This document shows positions 12,901-24,800 of a stretch of 64,000 nucleotides of DNA, in pieces (within the stretch, counting starts at the first letter, position 1; every line of letters begins with the position of its first letter). Source of the DNA: Squalus acanthias (lineage: Eukaryota); NCBI GenBank assembly GCA_030390025.1, contig CM059432.1:84880001-84944000 (forward strand), in the 5' to 3' direction. The notes beneath the pieces are model-generated. The model was not told where the DNA came from, made no database searches, and saw only the letters and a program-made list of their open reading frames with translations. The translations under genes were made by a program, and so were the position numbers.

Positions 12901-13534
12901 GCTGGCAACATCCAGATGTGGCCCAGGAGTTAAAATACCCCGGGCCTCAAACATAGGCCAGCGAATGTGTTTTTAACTTGCTCCACGCAGACCCCCACCA
13001 CCCCCAACCACCCCCCCACCCCCTCACCCCCCCCCCGCCCACTATGCACTTCAGACGACTCACTGGGGGTTAAAATCAATCCCCAAAATTTGCTGCTGAA
13101 AACATTTCAGAAAACATTTTGATTCATTTTATGTAGAGAAAAAAATAGTAAATAATGAGGAGGGTAGTAACAGACTTCAGGAAGACAGACAGACTGGTAA
13201 AATGGTCAGACACACGGCAGATGAAACTGTGCGCAGAAATGTCTGAAGTGATACATTTTGGTAGGAAGAATGATGAGAGGCAATATGAACTAAATGGTAC
13301 AATTTTGAAGGGGGTGCAGGAACAGAGAGACCTGGGGATGTATTACACAAATCTTTGAAGGTGGCAGGACAAGTTCAGAAGGCTGTTAAAAAAGCATATG
13401 GGATCCTTGGCTTTATTAATGGAGGAATAGAGTACAAAAGCAAGGCAGTTATTCCCTACATTACACAGTGACTACATTTCAAAAGTACTTAATTGGCTTT
13501 AAAGCTCTTTGGATGTCCTGAGGTTGTGAAAGGA

Positions 13535-15315
13535 ACACCTACATCCGCGATTCCTCTGACGCCCTCCACCACTTTAACAGTTTCCAGTTTCCCGGCCCCA
13601 ACTGCCTCCTTTTCACCATGGACGTACAATCCCTCTACACCTCCATCCCCCACCAGGATGGCCTGAGGGCGCTCCGCTTCTTCCTTGAACAGAGGCCCAA
13701 CCAGTCCCCATCCACCGCCACCCTCCTCCGCCTGGCTGAACTTGTTCTCACATTGAACAACTTCTCCTTTGACTCCACTCATTTCCTCCAAATCAAAGGT
13801 GTTGCTATGGGTACCCGCATGGGTCCTAGCTATGCCTGCCTTTTCGTGGGATATGTGGAACACTCTTTGTTCCAGTCCTACTCAGGTCCCCTCCCTCACC
13901 TCTTTTTCCGGTACATTGACGACTATATCGGTGCCTTTTCCTGCTCTCGCCCCGAACTAGACAATTTCATTCACTTTGCCTCCAATTTCCACCCTTCCCT
14001 CACCTTCAGATAGTTCATCTCCGACTCTTCCCTCCCCTTCCTCGACTTCTCCGTCTCCATCTCTGGGGATAGGTTATTGACCAACATTCACTACAAGCCC
14101 ACTGACTCCCACAGCTACCTGGACTACACTTCCTCCCACCCCGCCTCCTGTAAGGACTCTATTCCCTTCTCCCAGTTTCTCCGTCTCCGCCGCATCTGCT
14201 CCGACGATGCCACCTTCCATACCAGTGCTTCCGACATGTCTTCCTTTTTCCTCAACCGAGGATTCCCCTCTACCGTGGTTGACACAGCCCTCGACCATGT
14301 CCGTTCTATCTCCCGCACTTCTGCCCTCACCCCGGCCCCTCCCTCCCGGAACCACGATAGAGTTCCCCTTGTCCTCACCTTTCACCCCACCAGCCTCCAC
14401 ATTCAACGGATCATCCTCCGCCATTTCCGCCACCTCCAACGTGATCCCACCACCAAACATATCTTCCCCTCACCTCCCCTTTCAGCATTCCGTAGGGACT
14501 GCTCCCACCGAGACACCCTAGTCCACTCCTCTATCACCCCCAGCACCCCTTCCCCCTCGCCCGGCACCTTCCCGTGCAAGCGCAGGAGATGCAACACCTG
14601 CCCTTATACATCCCCCCTTCCCACTCTCCAGGGCCCCAAACACCCCTTCCAGGTGAAACAGCGATTTACTTGTACTTCTTGCAATCTAGTATACTGTATT
14701 CGCTGCTCACGATGTGGTCTCCTCTACATTGGGGAGACCAAACGCAGATTGGGTGACCGCTTTGCGGAACACCTCCGTTCAGTCCGTAAGGGTGACCCCG
14801 AGCTTCCGGTCGCTTGTCATTTTAATTCACCCCTCCACGCCCACTCAGACCTCACCGTCCTCGGCCTCGTGCATTGTTCCACAGAAGCTCAGCGTAAGCT
14901 CGAGGAACAGCACCTCATCTTTCGTTTAGGCACTTTACAGCCTTCCGGACTCAATATCGAGTTCAACAATTTCAGATCATAACCTTGGCCCCTACCACAT
15001 ATATATACATTTTATCCACCCTTTTGGTTCGTGCCTTTTTCCTTTTTTTTTTCTCTCTCTCCCCCTACGGCAGCTGTCTCTCATTCTGCCAGCATTTCAC
15101 ACCTCACCTTTTGTTTCTTAACCTGTCCCATTACCACCTCGTCTTGCCTTGAGCATCTCTTAATGTCTCTACTTATCATAGACCACCCCTTTTGTTCTTT
15201 TATTCCTCCCCCCAGCCTCCCCCTTGCTTTTTTATCCGTTTAATTTCCTGCTCTTTTCTCAGTTCTGACGAAGGGTTTCGACCTGAAACGTTAACTCTGT
15301 TTCTCTCTCCACGGA
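13535..15315 (+). mobile_element. 5'-truncated Penelope-like retroelement (RT plus GIY-YIG) with 3' pseudo-LTR
   Basis: MDVQSLYTSIPH, GVAMGTRMGPSYA, RYIDD, and VYCIRCSRCGLLYIGETKR...RFAEH. A single in-frame TAG at 14011 separates two same-frame ORFs. Confidence 0.95.
15261..15296 (+). ncRNA. Minimal type-I hammerhead ribozyme motif
   Basis: AGTT-CTGACGA-AGGGT TTCG ACCT-GAA-ACGT-T-AACT: core boxes, stem I AGTT/AACT, UUCG-capped stem II, palindromic ACGU stem III. Confidence 0.75.
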
Positions 15316-15645
15316 CACTGGGGAGAACTCCCCTGCTCTTATTCAAAAAATGCCATGCTATCTCTTACATCCATCTGCAAAAGCAGACAGGGCCACAGTT
15401 TAATGTCCCATCTGAAAGCCAGCACCTCCAGACAGTGCAGCACTCCCTCAGTACTGCACTGACGTGTCAGCCTAATTTATGTGCTCACTGCTCTGGAGTG
15501 GGAGTTGAACCCATGATCTTCTGATTCAGAGACAAGAGAGAGAGATTGATAGAAATAATTCAATTTTAAATTTATTCTGACCTATATTTGAGAAAACTAA
15601 ATCTTGACAATCAAACGGATGAATTGAAGATGTGAGATTTCCTAC

Positions 15646-15815
15646 CCTGCTGCAAAATGCAGTGATGATTTCTTGTCCATTGTTTTCAAATGAAGAGATG
15701 CTTTTAAGGCCAACATTTTATCCACAGAATTTGTTAGACCCTGTCTACACACATAGTGCAGTGGAGTACAGCCATTAATATCTTTGTCATTCAACAGCTC
15801 CTGTACTTTGTCGGA
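15646..15815 (-). CDS. TRPA1: TRPA1 exon 11 (SDKVQELLNDKDINGCTPLHYVCRQG...DKKSSLHFAA)
   Basis: ttttgcag acceptor, GTAGGA donor, 170 nt, GCTPLHYxCRQG motif. Confidence 0.96.
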
Positions 15816-16145
15816 CTGCAAAAGTATACATATAAATGTTAAAGACTAAAGAAATAAGATGGGGTAAATAGATTAAGACAAAATATTTTCTTAAAAAAAG
15901 AAGCCTCAAAATAGCTGATATAATTTTTACACCGCAAAGCCACAGCATTACAGCACACTTTTAGGTTTGAATACTCTGATGCCATCTGCAGTATCTGCCT
16001 AAACTGGAAACAATTATTTAGAAAAATCTGAATAAATCAGCTACTAGCCACTTTTTTACTAAGTATTGCTGTATTACTTGTTAATCATGAGAATTACTAA
16101 CAGGTCTGAAAATCTGTCAATGTAGAAACATAAATAAGTATTGAC

Positions 16146-16246
16146 CTGAAGAATTTCTTCACTGAGGTTTTTTAATCCTTTGGGTTGCAGGACAGTTAGA
16201 TGAAGGAAGTTACATTCCGCAGAATTCTTTATTTTCACATTAGCTC
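16146..16246 (-). CDS. TRPA1: TRPA1 exon 10 (GANVKIKNSAECNFLHLTVLQPKGLKNLSEEILQ)
   Basis: ttcttag acceptor, GTCAAT donor, 101 nt. NFLHLTVxQPxGLKNL is a diagnostic TRPA1 motif. Confidence 0.96.
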
Positions 16247-17277
16247 CTAAGAAAGTCACAACATTAAATATTTTATTAGTTTGATAAGGGGAGTTGATAT
16301 GCCTTGGCTCTAATGAAGAAGTGACAGCAGAAAGTCCTGTGATATGCTATGCATAAACTTCCCAAAAAGCCTTCGACTAAGTTCTGTATGAAAACATTTT
16401 TGGTACGCTGGGAGTGCGCACCAGAAGCTCGATCGAAATTGGGCCTCAGGCCTCATCAACGTATTTCTGGCAAGCTGCAGTCGCCAATCTGGCATTCTGA
16501 GGCAGCTTGCCAGACACTGGAACACCAATTTGGCCCTAAGGTAGATCCTGTGTAGTGGGGGGTGGGGGTGGGGGTGGTCGGAGAACAGGAGACGACGAAC
16601 ACAGACCGCCAGCGGCCCGCGGTAGTGGTGTGGAGCCGAGGAGCACTCTTAAAAAACACATAGCTTTTTGGTGGCAGCCATCAACAGATTTTCCTGCCTG
16701 AAACTGCTGAAAGGCTGCTTGCAAAATCATTTCTCAACAGTACAGCTGAGAAAAGATTTTTCTAATCGCGCCAGTAAAAACTGAAATTTCAGACAAACCT
16801 TGTGGCAATTGCCTGCGTGTGAACACCGCCATTTCCTAATTTGACAAGTCATGCAGATAACTGACTCTTTTCTACAGGCTTTAGTTAAGTCAGGGGCAAA
16901 TTCTGATGCAAATGCAGAATTTCTGAGACAGCAGAGTTTGTCCTCATTATCCTGTCATTTGCATACATCCACCACGTTGAAGATGTGCACGTCTGCCAAT
17001 TGCCTCTTCTAGTGGTATTTAGTGTAACCCTGGTATATCTCCTTTATGCCCCAATTTCTGGCCTCCTACACTAGAACAAGATCACCTCCCCCTGCCCTGC
17101 CACCACCCCCCCACCCCCCCAAAATCATTGAATTTTAGACCCTTATTTTAACTTTTTTTAAAGAAATGTAATTTGTAAGCTCAAAAGAAAATCAAACTTA
17201 CCGTAAGTTTGCTGGCAATTCTCTCAACTGGGTCCACCTTCTTGGCATTTCCAAGGCTCAACACTATAAGATGATAT

Positions 17278-17858
17278 CGGGACAATTTTAACTCTACTGG
17301 CAGGTCAGCAGTTAAAATGCCCCGGCTTACTTACCTGTCCTGGAGCTGCCCAGATCCCACTGTCTGCGATTTTGACACAGGCTTTTGGATGGATGGCTAA
17401 TCCGCCTGGCCAAAGGCAGCGGGGTCCTCATTAACATATGCAGGTCAGAGTCCAATGACATCACTGGGCCATGGCTGCTATTTTAACACTGGCCTGAGCG
17501 GGGAAGCCACTGTGGCTTTCCCACCAGGTAAAGTCAAGCAAGAAGATGATCCGGGACCAAATGAGGCCATTTAAGGTAAGTTGTATGTTAATTTTCCTTG
17601 TGGGGCTAGGAGGAGCAGCAGTGTTCCTCTGTGCCCCACAAAGAAAGTTTAGAGCTCCCGTGCCCTGGACTCCCCCCCCTCTCCCGCCAACCCTCCCTTC
17701 CCTTCCCACGAGACCATCCCGGAATCCCCTTCCCCACACCTGCCTGTGTGCCGGCGGGTGACTGTGGGCTGCCCGATTTCCGCAGGCCGCCAGCCACTTT
17801 CCATCTGTTCCACATGAGATGTGCATGTTAATGAGGCCTGGGAGTTAAAATTCTATCT
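17278..17858. mobile_element. Old Harbinger-type MITE
   Basis: Imperfect terminal inverted motif aattttaactc / gagttaaaatt. Confidence 0.5.
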
Positions 17859-19461
17859 ACTCCCTGGTCCATTCCCCCTTATATTTTTTAAATAGATGCT
17901 TGAGTATGATGCGATTGTGGAGCCTTAACCTGGAGTATTCTTGTAATGTTTATTCATTCAACAACTTAATTGTGACTTTGAACAGAGCGTAGCAAGAATG
18001 CAAAAACCTTTAATATACCTTTTACTAATATTTTGAAATTAGACTCATCCATATTATAAACAGAAACAAGAAAAAATGCAATGAACATCCTTTGCTTGGA
18101 CTAGAGATGATGTGACATTATTTATTTTAAGAATTGCAAAAATTCAGTAGTTAATGGCTGAGTAAAGTTATGGAACTAAGTTTTGTGGGCAGCTACTGCC
18201 TCCCTGTGGTTATGGAACTTAGCTAATGTTTAAACTGCTGTTAATAAATACTCACATAGATTCAACCATTATTTTGTTCCTGGTCAGCTATTTTATTCTA
18301 TTGAATTTGTAAAAGTCAGTTCTATTTCCAGACAAAGTTTGCTACAGAGATAATGAGGTGATATCTAAACTTACAGACCTTAAAACACTTTTGACATTTT
18401 TGCAGCAGTAAGTGCTATAAGTGTACGTGAGTTGATACCAGTTAAGAGCAGAGTTAGACTTGGTTGTGATGCCCCCACAATTGATAAGTGCTCTGGCACA
18501 TGCATAAGTGAAGGCCATTTGGGTTAGGTACTAGAGGGCCACTGCTCCACATGGAACAATAGGGTAAATTCACTGATCCCAAATTTCTTGTAATGTTGGA
18601 AGAAAATACAAGTCGGAGACAGGAAGGTAGAAATTGGTATACTTTGGTCTCTGTTTTTTGGGCATAAAACGGGCTCAAAGCACACCAATTTAGTAGTGGG
18701 TCTGCCTGCACCCAATTGCGCAGGTGTTGGTCCCACTGCTAAATTTGTGGGCCCTTTTTTTAGGCATCCCAGGCGTTGGGCTCCTTCAACACATAAAGGA
18801 CTCCATCGAGAAATTAGTTGGTGATGAGCGGGGCGGGCATTTGGCTTATTTCGCTCAGGATACTGCAGTGGCTCCTGCGGCCACCAACTCCAAGTAAGTT
18901 AAAAAAAAAAAATTCCTATGGAGCCAGAAGGAGCAGGAATGCTCCAGTGGAGGCATGACCAGTGCCAGCAACTCATGTCAAATATGATGATGAGTTCTGA
19001 GAACCGATTTCCTTCAATCCTTGAGCCTCTCTGTTCGGGTGAGCACTGGTTGAACAGTGCTGAGTCTGAGCCAAGGCCTCAGCAATTTAGCATGGATTTT
19101 CTGACCCATCAAGATTGGTACATCTGCCATTATTGGAAAGATACCAAAGCTTTGTTTAACATTTTGATAAATGAAGGAAGACTAATGCATACATAACACA
19201 TCTACAGTAGTAGTACAATATCCGTAGCAGAAAATAAAAAATCCTTCCTATGTTTCCTACATGTTGGCCCGAAAATTAGACCTAATACGCGAGAGTACGC
19301 ACTGTGTACTCTCACGTATTAGGTCCCGAATTGCCGGTTTCCTGCATGCACTGCGCATGCGCGGGAAACCGGCACTTCGTGTATTGCAAAGGGGGCGGTT
19401 CCTAAGTGAACCGCGTGCGCACTACAGGTTGTGCGCACGCAGTGCACTTAGTTTTTTTTTC

Positions 19462-21650
19462 ATAGAAACATAGAAACATAGAAGATAGGAGCAGGAGTAG
19501 GCCATTCGGCCCCTCGAGCCTGCTCCGCCATTCGATGAGATCATGGCTGATCATCTAAACTCAGTACCCTGTACCTGCCTTCTCCCCATATCCCTTGATA
19601 CCTTTAGCTTTAAGAAATATATCTAACTCATCCTTGAATATATTTAATGACTTCGCCTCAACTACCTTCTGTGGTAGAGAATTCCACAGGTTCACCACTC
19701 TCTGGGTGAAGAAATTCTTCCTCATTTCTGTCCTAAATGGTTTACCCGCTATCCGTAGATTATGACCCCTGGTTCTGGACTCTCCGACCATCGGGAACAT
19801 TCTTCCTGCATCTAGTTTGTCCAGACCTGTCAGAATTTTATATGTTTCGATGAGATCCCCTCTCATTCTTCTACACTCCAGTGAGTATAAGCCCAATCGA
19901 CCCAATCTCTCCTCATATGTCATTCCTGCCATCCCAGGTATCAGCCTTGTGAATCTTCGCTGAACTCCTTCCATGGCAAGAACATCTTTCCTCAGATAAG
20001 GCGACCAAAACTGCACACAGTACTCAAGGTGTGGTCTCACCAAGGCCCTGTACAACTGCAGCAGGACATCCCTGTTCCTATACTCAAACCCTTTCGCTAT
20101 GAAGGCCAACATACCATTTGCCTTCTTCACCGCCTGCTGCACCTGCATGCTTACTTTCAGCGACTGGTGCACAAGGACACCCAGGTCTCGTTGCACTTCC
20201 CCTTCTCCCAATCTATTGCCATTCAGATAATAGTCTGCCTTTCTGTTTTTGACACCAAAGTGGATAACCTCGCACTTATCCACGTTATATTGCATCTGCC
20301 ACGCTTCTGCCCACTCACCCAACCTGTCCAGATCATCCTGGAGTTTCTCGCTATCCTCCTCGCTGCACACACTCCCACCCAGCTTTGTGTCATCTGCAAA
20401 CTTGGAGATATTACATTTAATTCCCTTATCTAGATCATTAATGTATATTGTGAATAGCTGGGGTCCAAGGACCGATCCCTGTGGTACCCCACTAGTCACT
20501 GCTTGCCACTCGGAAAAAGACCCATTAATTCCTACTCTCTGCTTTCTGTCCGCCAACCAGTTCTCTATCCAAGTCAATACCTTGCCCCCAATCCCATGTG
20601 CCTTAACTTTACCCGCTAATCTTTTATGCGGGACCTTATCGAAAGCCTTTTGAAAGTCCAAATACACCACATCTACTGGTTCTCCCTTATCTATTTTCCC
20701 AGTTACATCCTCAAAAAATTCCAGTAGATTAGTCAAGCACGATTTACCTTTTGTAAATCCATGTTGACTTTGTCCGATCCTGTCACTGTTTTTCAAATGC
20801 TCAGCTATTACATCCTTTATAATGGACTCTAGCATTTTCCCCACTACCGATGTCAGGCTTACCGGTCTGTAATTCCCCGCTTTCTCTCTACCACCCTTTT
20901 TGAATAGTGGGGTAACATTAGCTACCCTCCAATCCATGGGTACTGTTCCAGATTCCATCGAATGTTGGAAGATGATCAGCAATGCATCTACTATTTCTAG
21001 GGCCACTTCCTTAAGTACCCTAGGATGTAGATTATCAGGCCCTGGGGATTTATCGGCCTTCAATACCGTCAATTTCCCTAACACCATTTCCCTGCAAATA
21101 CTGATTTCTTTCAGTTCCTCCCTTTCATCAGACCGTATGTTCTCCAACATCTCTGGGAGGTTATTTGTGTCCTCCTTTGTGAAGACAGAACCAAAATATG
21201 CATTTAATTGGGCTGCCATTTCTTTGTTCCCCATTATAACTTCCCCCGCTTCTGACTGCAAGGGACCTACACTTGATTTCACTAATCTTTTTCTCTTCAC
21301 ATATCTATAAAAGCTCTTACAGTCAGTTTTTATGTTCCCAGCAAGCTTACTTTCATATTCTATTTTCCCCTTCTTAATTAATCCCTTTGTCCTCCTTTGT
21401 TGAATCCTAAACTGCTCCCAATCCTCAGGGCTACCGCTTTTTCTGGCCAATTTATATGCCCTCTCCTTGGATCTTATGCTATCCCTAATTTCCCTTGTTA
21501 GCCACGGTTGAGTCACCCTTTTTGTTTTATTCTTATGCCACACTGGGATGAACAAATTCTGTAGTTCATCCATGCAGTCTTTGAATGTTTGCCATTGCCT
21601 ATCCACCGTCAACCCCTTGAGTGACATTCCCCAATCAATCCTACCCAATT
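19462..21650 (-). mobile_element. 5'-truncated CR1 LINE with an uninterrupted 695-aa RT frame
   Basis: FADD motif intact, (tttctatg)n tail, closely similar to the 1313-6418 copy. Confidence 0.95.
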
Positions 21651-21802
21651 TCAGGTTTGAACGCGCAGGTAAGTGGTGAAGATTTTACACATAAAGAAAG
21701 CAGACGTAGGACCCCCTTTTAACAAGGTAAGTAGTTAATTAAGTGTTATTTTAAAAAATTTCAACAGGTTTATCTTTTTTAGAGACTTTAAAGAAAGGTA
21801 AG

Positions 21803-24800
21803 TGTGGTAACACAATACAGCTTCCTGTGACTCGAACTTTATTGCATCACTTCCTGTGATTAGTCCAGGATAAATACTGGACTGATCAGTTGGATCCTGG
21901 AGAGGCATAGAGTAAGACCTCTTTTGTATGTAGCACCTTTTTTAGTTGATTAAAGCTTACTTTAAGTTCACCACGCGTAAGGCTCATTCTTACGACAATT
22001 TAATCAACTTTGGAAAACTTCGCACTCAAACTTTTTGGACGAACTCGGAACTAAGGATCCAGGGAATCACCCATCATGGAAAACATCCTTAAACCATCGC
22101 GTCTTGACTTGGACCCAAACACCCCAGCAGCCGGTAAGGTGTGGAAACACTGGTATCGCACGTTTGACAATTTTCTGGAATATTGTAAGGCGAATGATGA
22201 CTCAAAGTTGCGGATACTCATCAACTGTGTCACCCTGAATGTATTTCAGTATGTGGAGGAATGGGACAGTTACGAGGAGGCAATTCGGAAGCTTAAGAGA
22301 CTATATACTAAGACACCGAATGAGGTCTATGCCAGACATCTACTTGCTACAGCCCAACAAGGGCCGGAGGAATCCATTGATAAATTCCTCCAAGAGCTTC
22401 GCAGACTTAGTATGGACTGTAACTTTCGGGCGGCCTCAGCGGAGCTGTACCGTGAAGAAATGATCCGTGATGCTTTCATCTGCGGGCTTGCCTCCCCATT
22501 TATACGCCAGCGTCTACTGGAAAGTAAGACACTTGAGCTTCAGAGAGCTTATGACATGGCTTGCTCTCTAGATCTGGCAAAAAGAAATGCAGACCTCGGT
22601 CTACTGCCTTAACTACAGTCAGGCAATTTAAGAGGCCACAGGTGAACTCTATTAGGGAGGTCTTTATCCCTGACGATCAATCTGATGACTTCACTGATGA
22701 AGAGGATGATGACCCCACTGTGGCAGCCTCTTGGCAATCTAAGAAATGCTTCTTTTGTGGTGATGAGTTCCACCCTCGGAAATTCTGCCCTGCTCGCAAT
22801 GCGTTTTGCAGTCATTGCAACAAAAAGGGTCATTTTGCAAAGGTTTGCCTATCAAGAGCCTCTATGAGGGCTTATCAAGCTAAGTCCTACCGAACTGCCC
22901 CGGTAAGGGCCTATCAAGATTTTCCGGCTAAAATCTATCATGCTTCCTCTCGAAGAAACACAGCTAGAGTTTCAGCCACTCTTTGTGCAACGACACCACT
23001 TACAGCTGCTTGTCCTCAGAACCTATTCCATGCAGCTACAAAAGCATCAATTAATGGACATACTTTAGATGCCTTAATTGACTCAGGTAGCACTGATAGT
23101 TTCATTAGGGAACAGATTGTTGCAGAGTTAAAGCTACATGTTTTCCCATCGGACCAGGCAGTTGCGATGGCTCAGTCATCACTTAATACCAGAATTTCTG
23201 GCTTTTGTAGGGTTGAAATAATACTTAATGGTCACAGGTATCCCTCCACCTGGCTTTTGGTGCTCAAGGACTTATGTAGTGATCTTATCTTAGGGCTGGA
23301 TTTTCAAAAGCAGCATAAGAAGCTCACCATTGAGTTCGGCGGATCTAAACCTGAACTCACTATTTCTAATATACTACCTTGATTACCGTTCTGTGCAATG
23401 TCAGCAGCTTCACTGGATGAACCCTCACTGTTTTCCAGTATCCCTCCTCGATGCAAACCGATTATAACAAAGTCACGACGTTTCAGTCAGGAAGACCAGT
23501 CTTTTATTGCGGCTGAGATTTCTCGGCTTTTAGCAGAAGATATCATCGAGCCTTGTTCGTCGCCATGGCGCGCCCAGGTCGTTATTGTTAAGAACCCTCT
23601 ACAACCTCACAAGAAACGGCTGTGCATTGACTATTCACAGACCATCAATCAATATACGGACTTGGACGCATACCCATTGCCGCGCATCGATGATATGGTT
23701 AATAAATTGGCTGAGTACACGGTGTTCTCAACATATGATCTAAAAAGTGCCTATCATCAGGTACCCTTGAAGGTCTCAGACAAGCAGTATACGGCCTTTG
23801 AAGCCAATGGACGGCTGTATCAATTTCGTCGCCTCCCCTTTGGGGTCACTAATGGAGTGGCTGTCTTCCAGCGAGCAATGGATGACCTGGTCAAACAGGA
23901 AGACTTGAAGGATACGTTTCCTTATCTGGACAATATTACTGTCGCAGGTCGCAATCAGCGGGAACATGACGCCAATCTCCAACGATTTTGGGATGCACTC
24001 CAGCACCGTAATTTGACATTAAATGCGGCTAAATCCATTGAGTCACAACCAACCATCAACATCCTTGGCTATTGTGTGGGCAATGGCATCATTAAACCTG
24101 ACCCTGAAAGGCTTCGCCCACTCCAAGAACTCCCGCCACCTAAGAATCCGGCCTCCTTGCGCCGGGCCCTCGGCCTGTTTGCATACTATGCTAAATGGAT
24201 TCCTAACTTCTCGGACTGAATCCAACCTCTACTGAAGGCCAGCACATTCCCACTAGACACAGCGGCTGTTGCAGCCTTTAACGTCCTGAAAAAACAGTTG
24301 GAGAAAGCGACTCTTCACTCCATCGATGAGAGTCTTCCTTTTGTCGTTGAGTGTGATGCCTCGGAGGTGGCGATCTCGGCCACTCTGAATCAGGAAGGTC
24401 GTCCGGTGGCATTTTTGTCCAGGACTTTTCAAGGGGCTGAGCTACATTATCCTCCAGTCGAGAAAGAAGCTACAGCCATCATAGAGGCAGTACGGAAGTG
24501 GAGTCACCTCCTAGCTCGCCAGCACTTTACCTTAATCACGGACCAGCGATCGGTCGCCTTCATGCTCGATAATCGAAAACGGACCAAAATTAAAAATAAT
24601 AAAATCCAGCTTTGGAGGCTGGAATTGGCCTCTTTTGGTTACACCATCCACTATCGACCTGGCAAGGAGAATGTGGCTCCAGATACCCTCACACGAGCAT
24701 TCTGCTCCGCCATGGCACCCTCTACGCTCGTAGACATCCATGATGGGTTGTGTCATCCGGGCGTTACTCGCATGCTACACTTCGTGCGGTCCCGAAATCT

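Noticed and set aside
18195..18210. CTCF-like motif (CCACAGGGAGGCAG, minus strand)
   Set aside because: It has several mismatches to consensus and cannot be supported without ChIP or conservation data.
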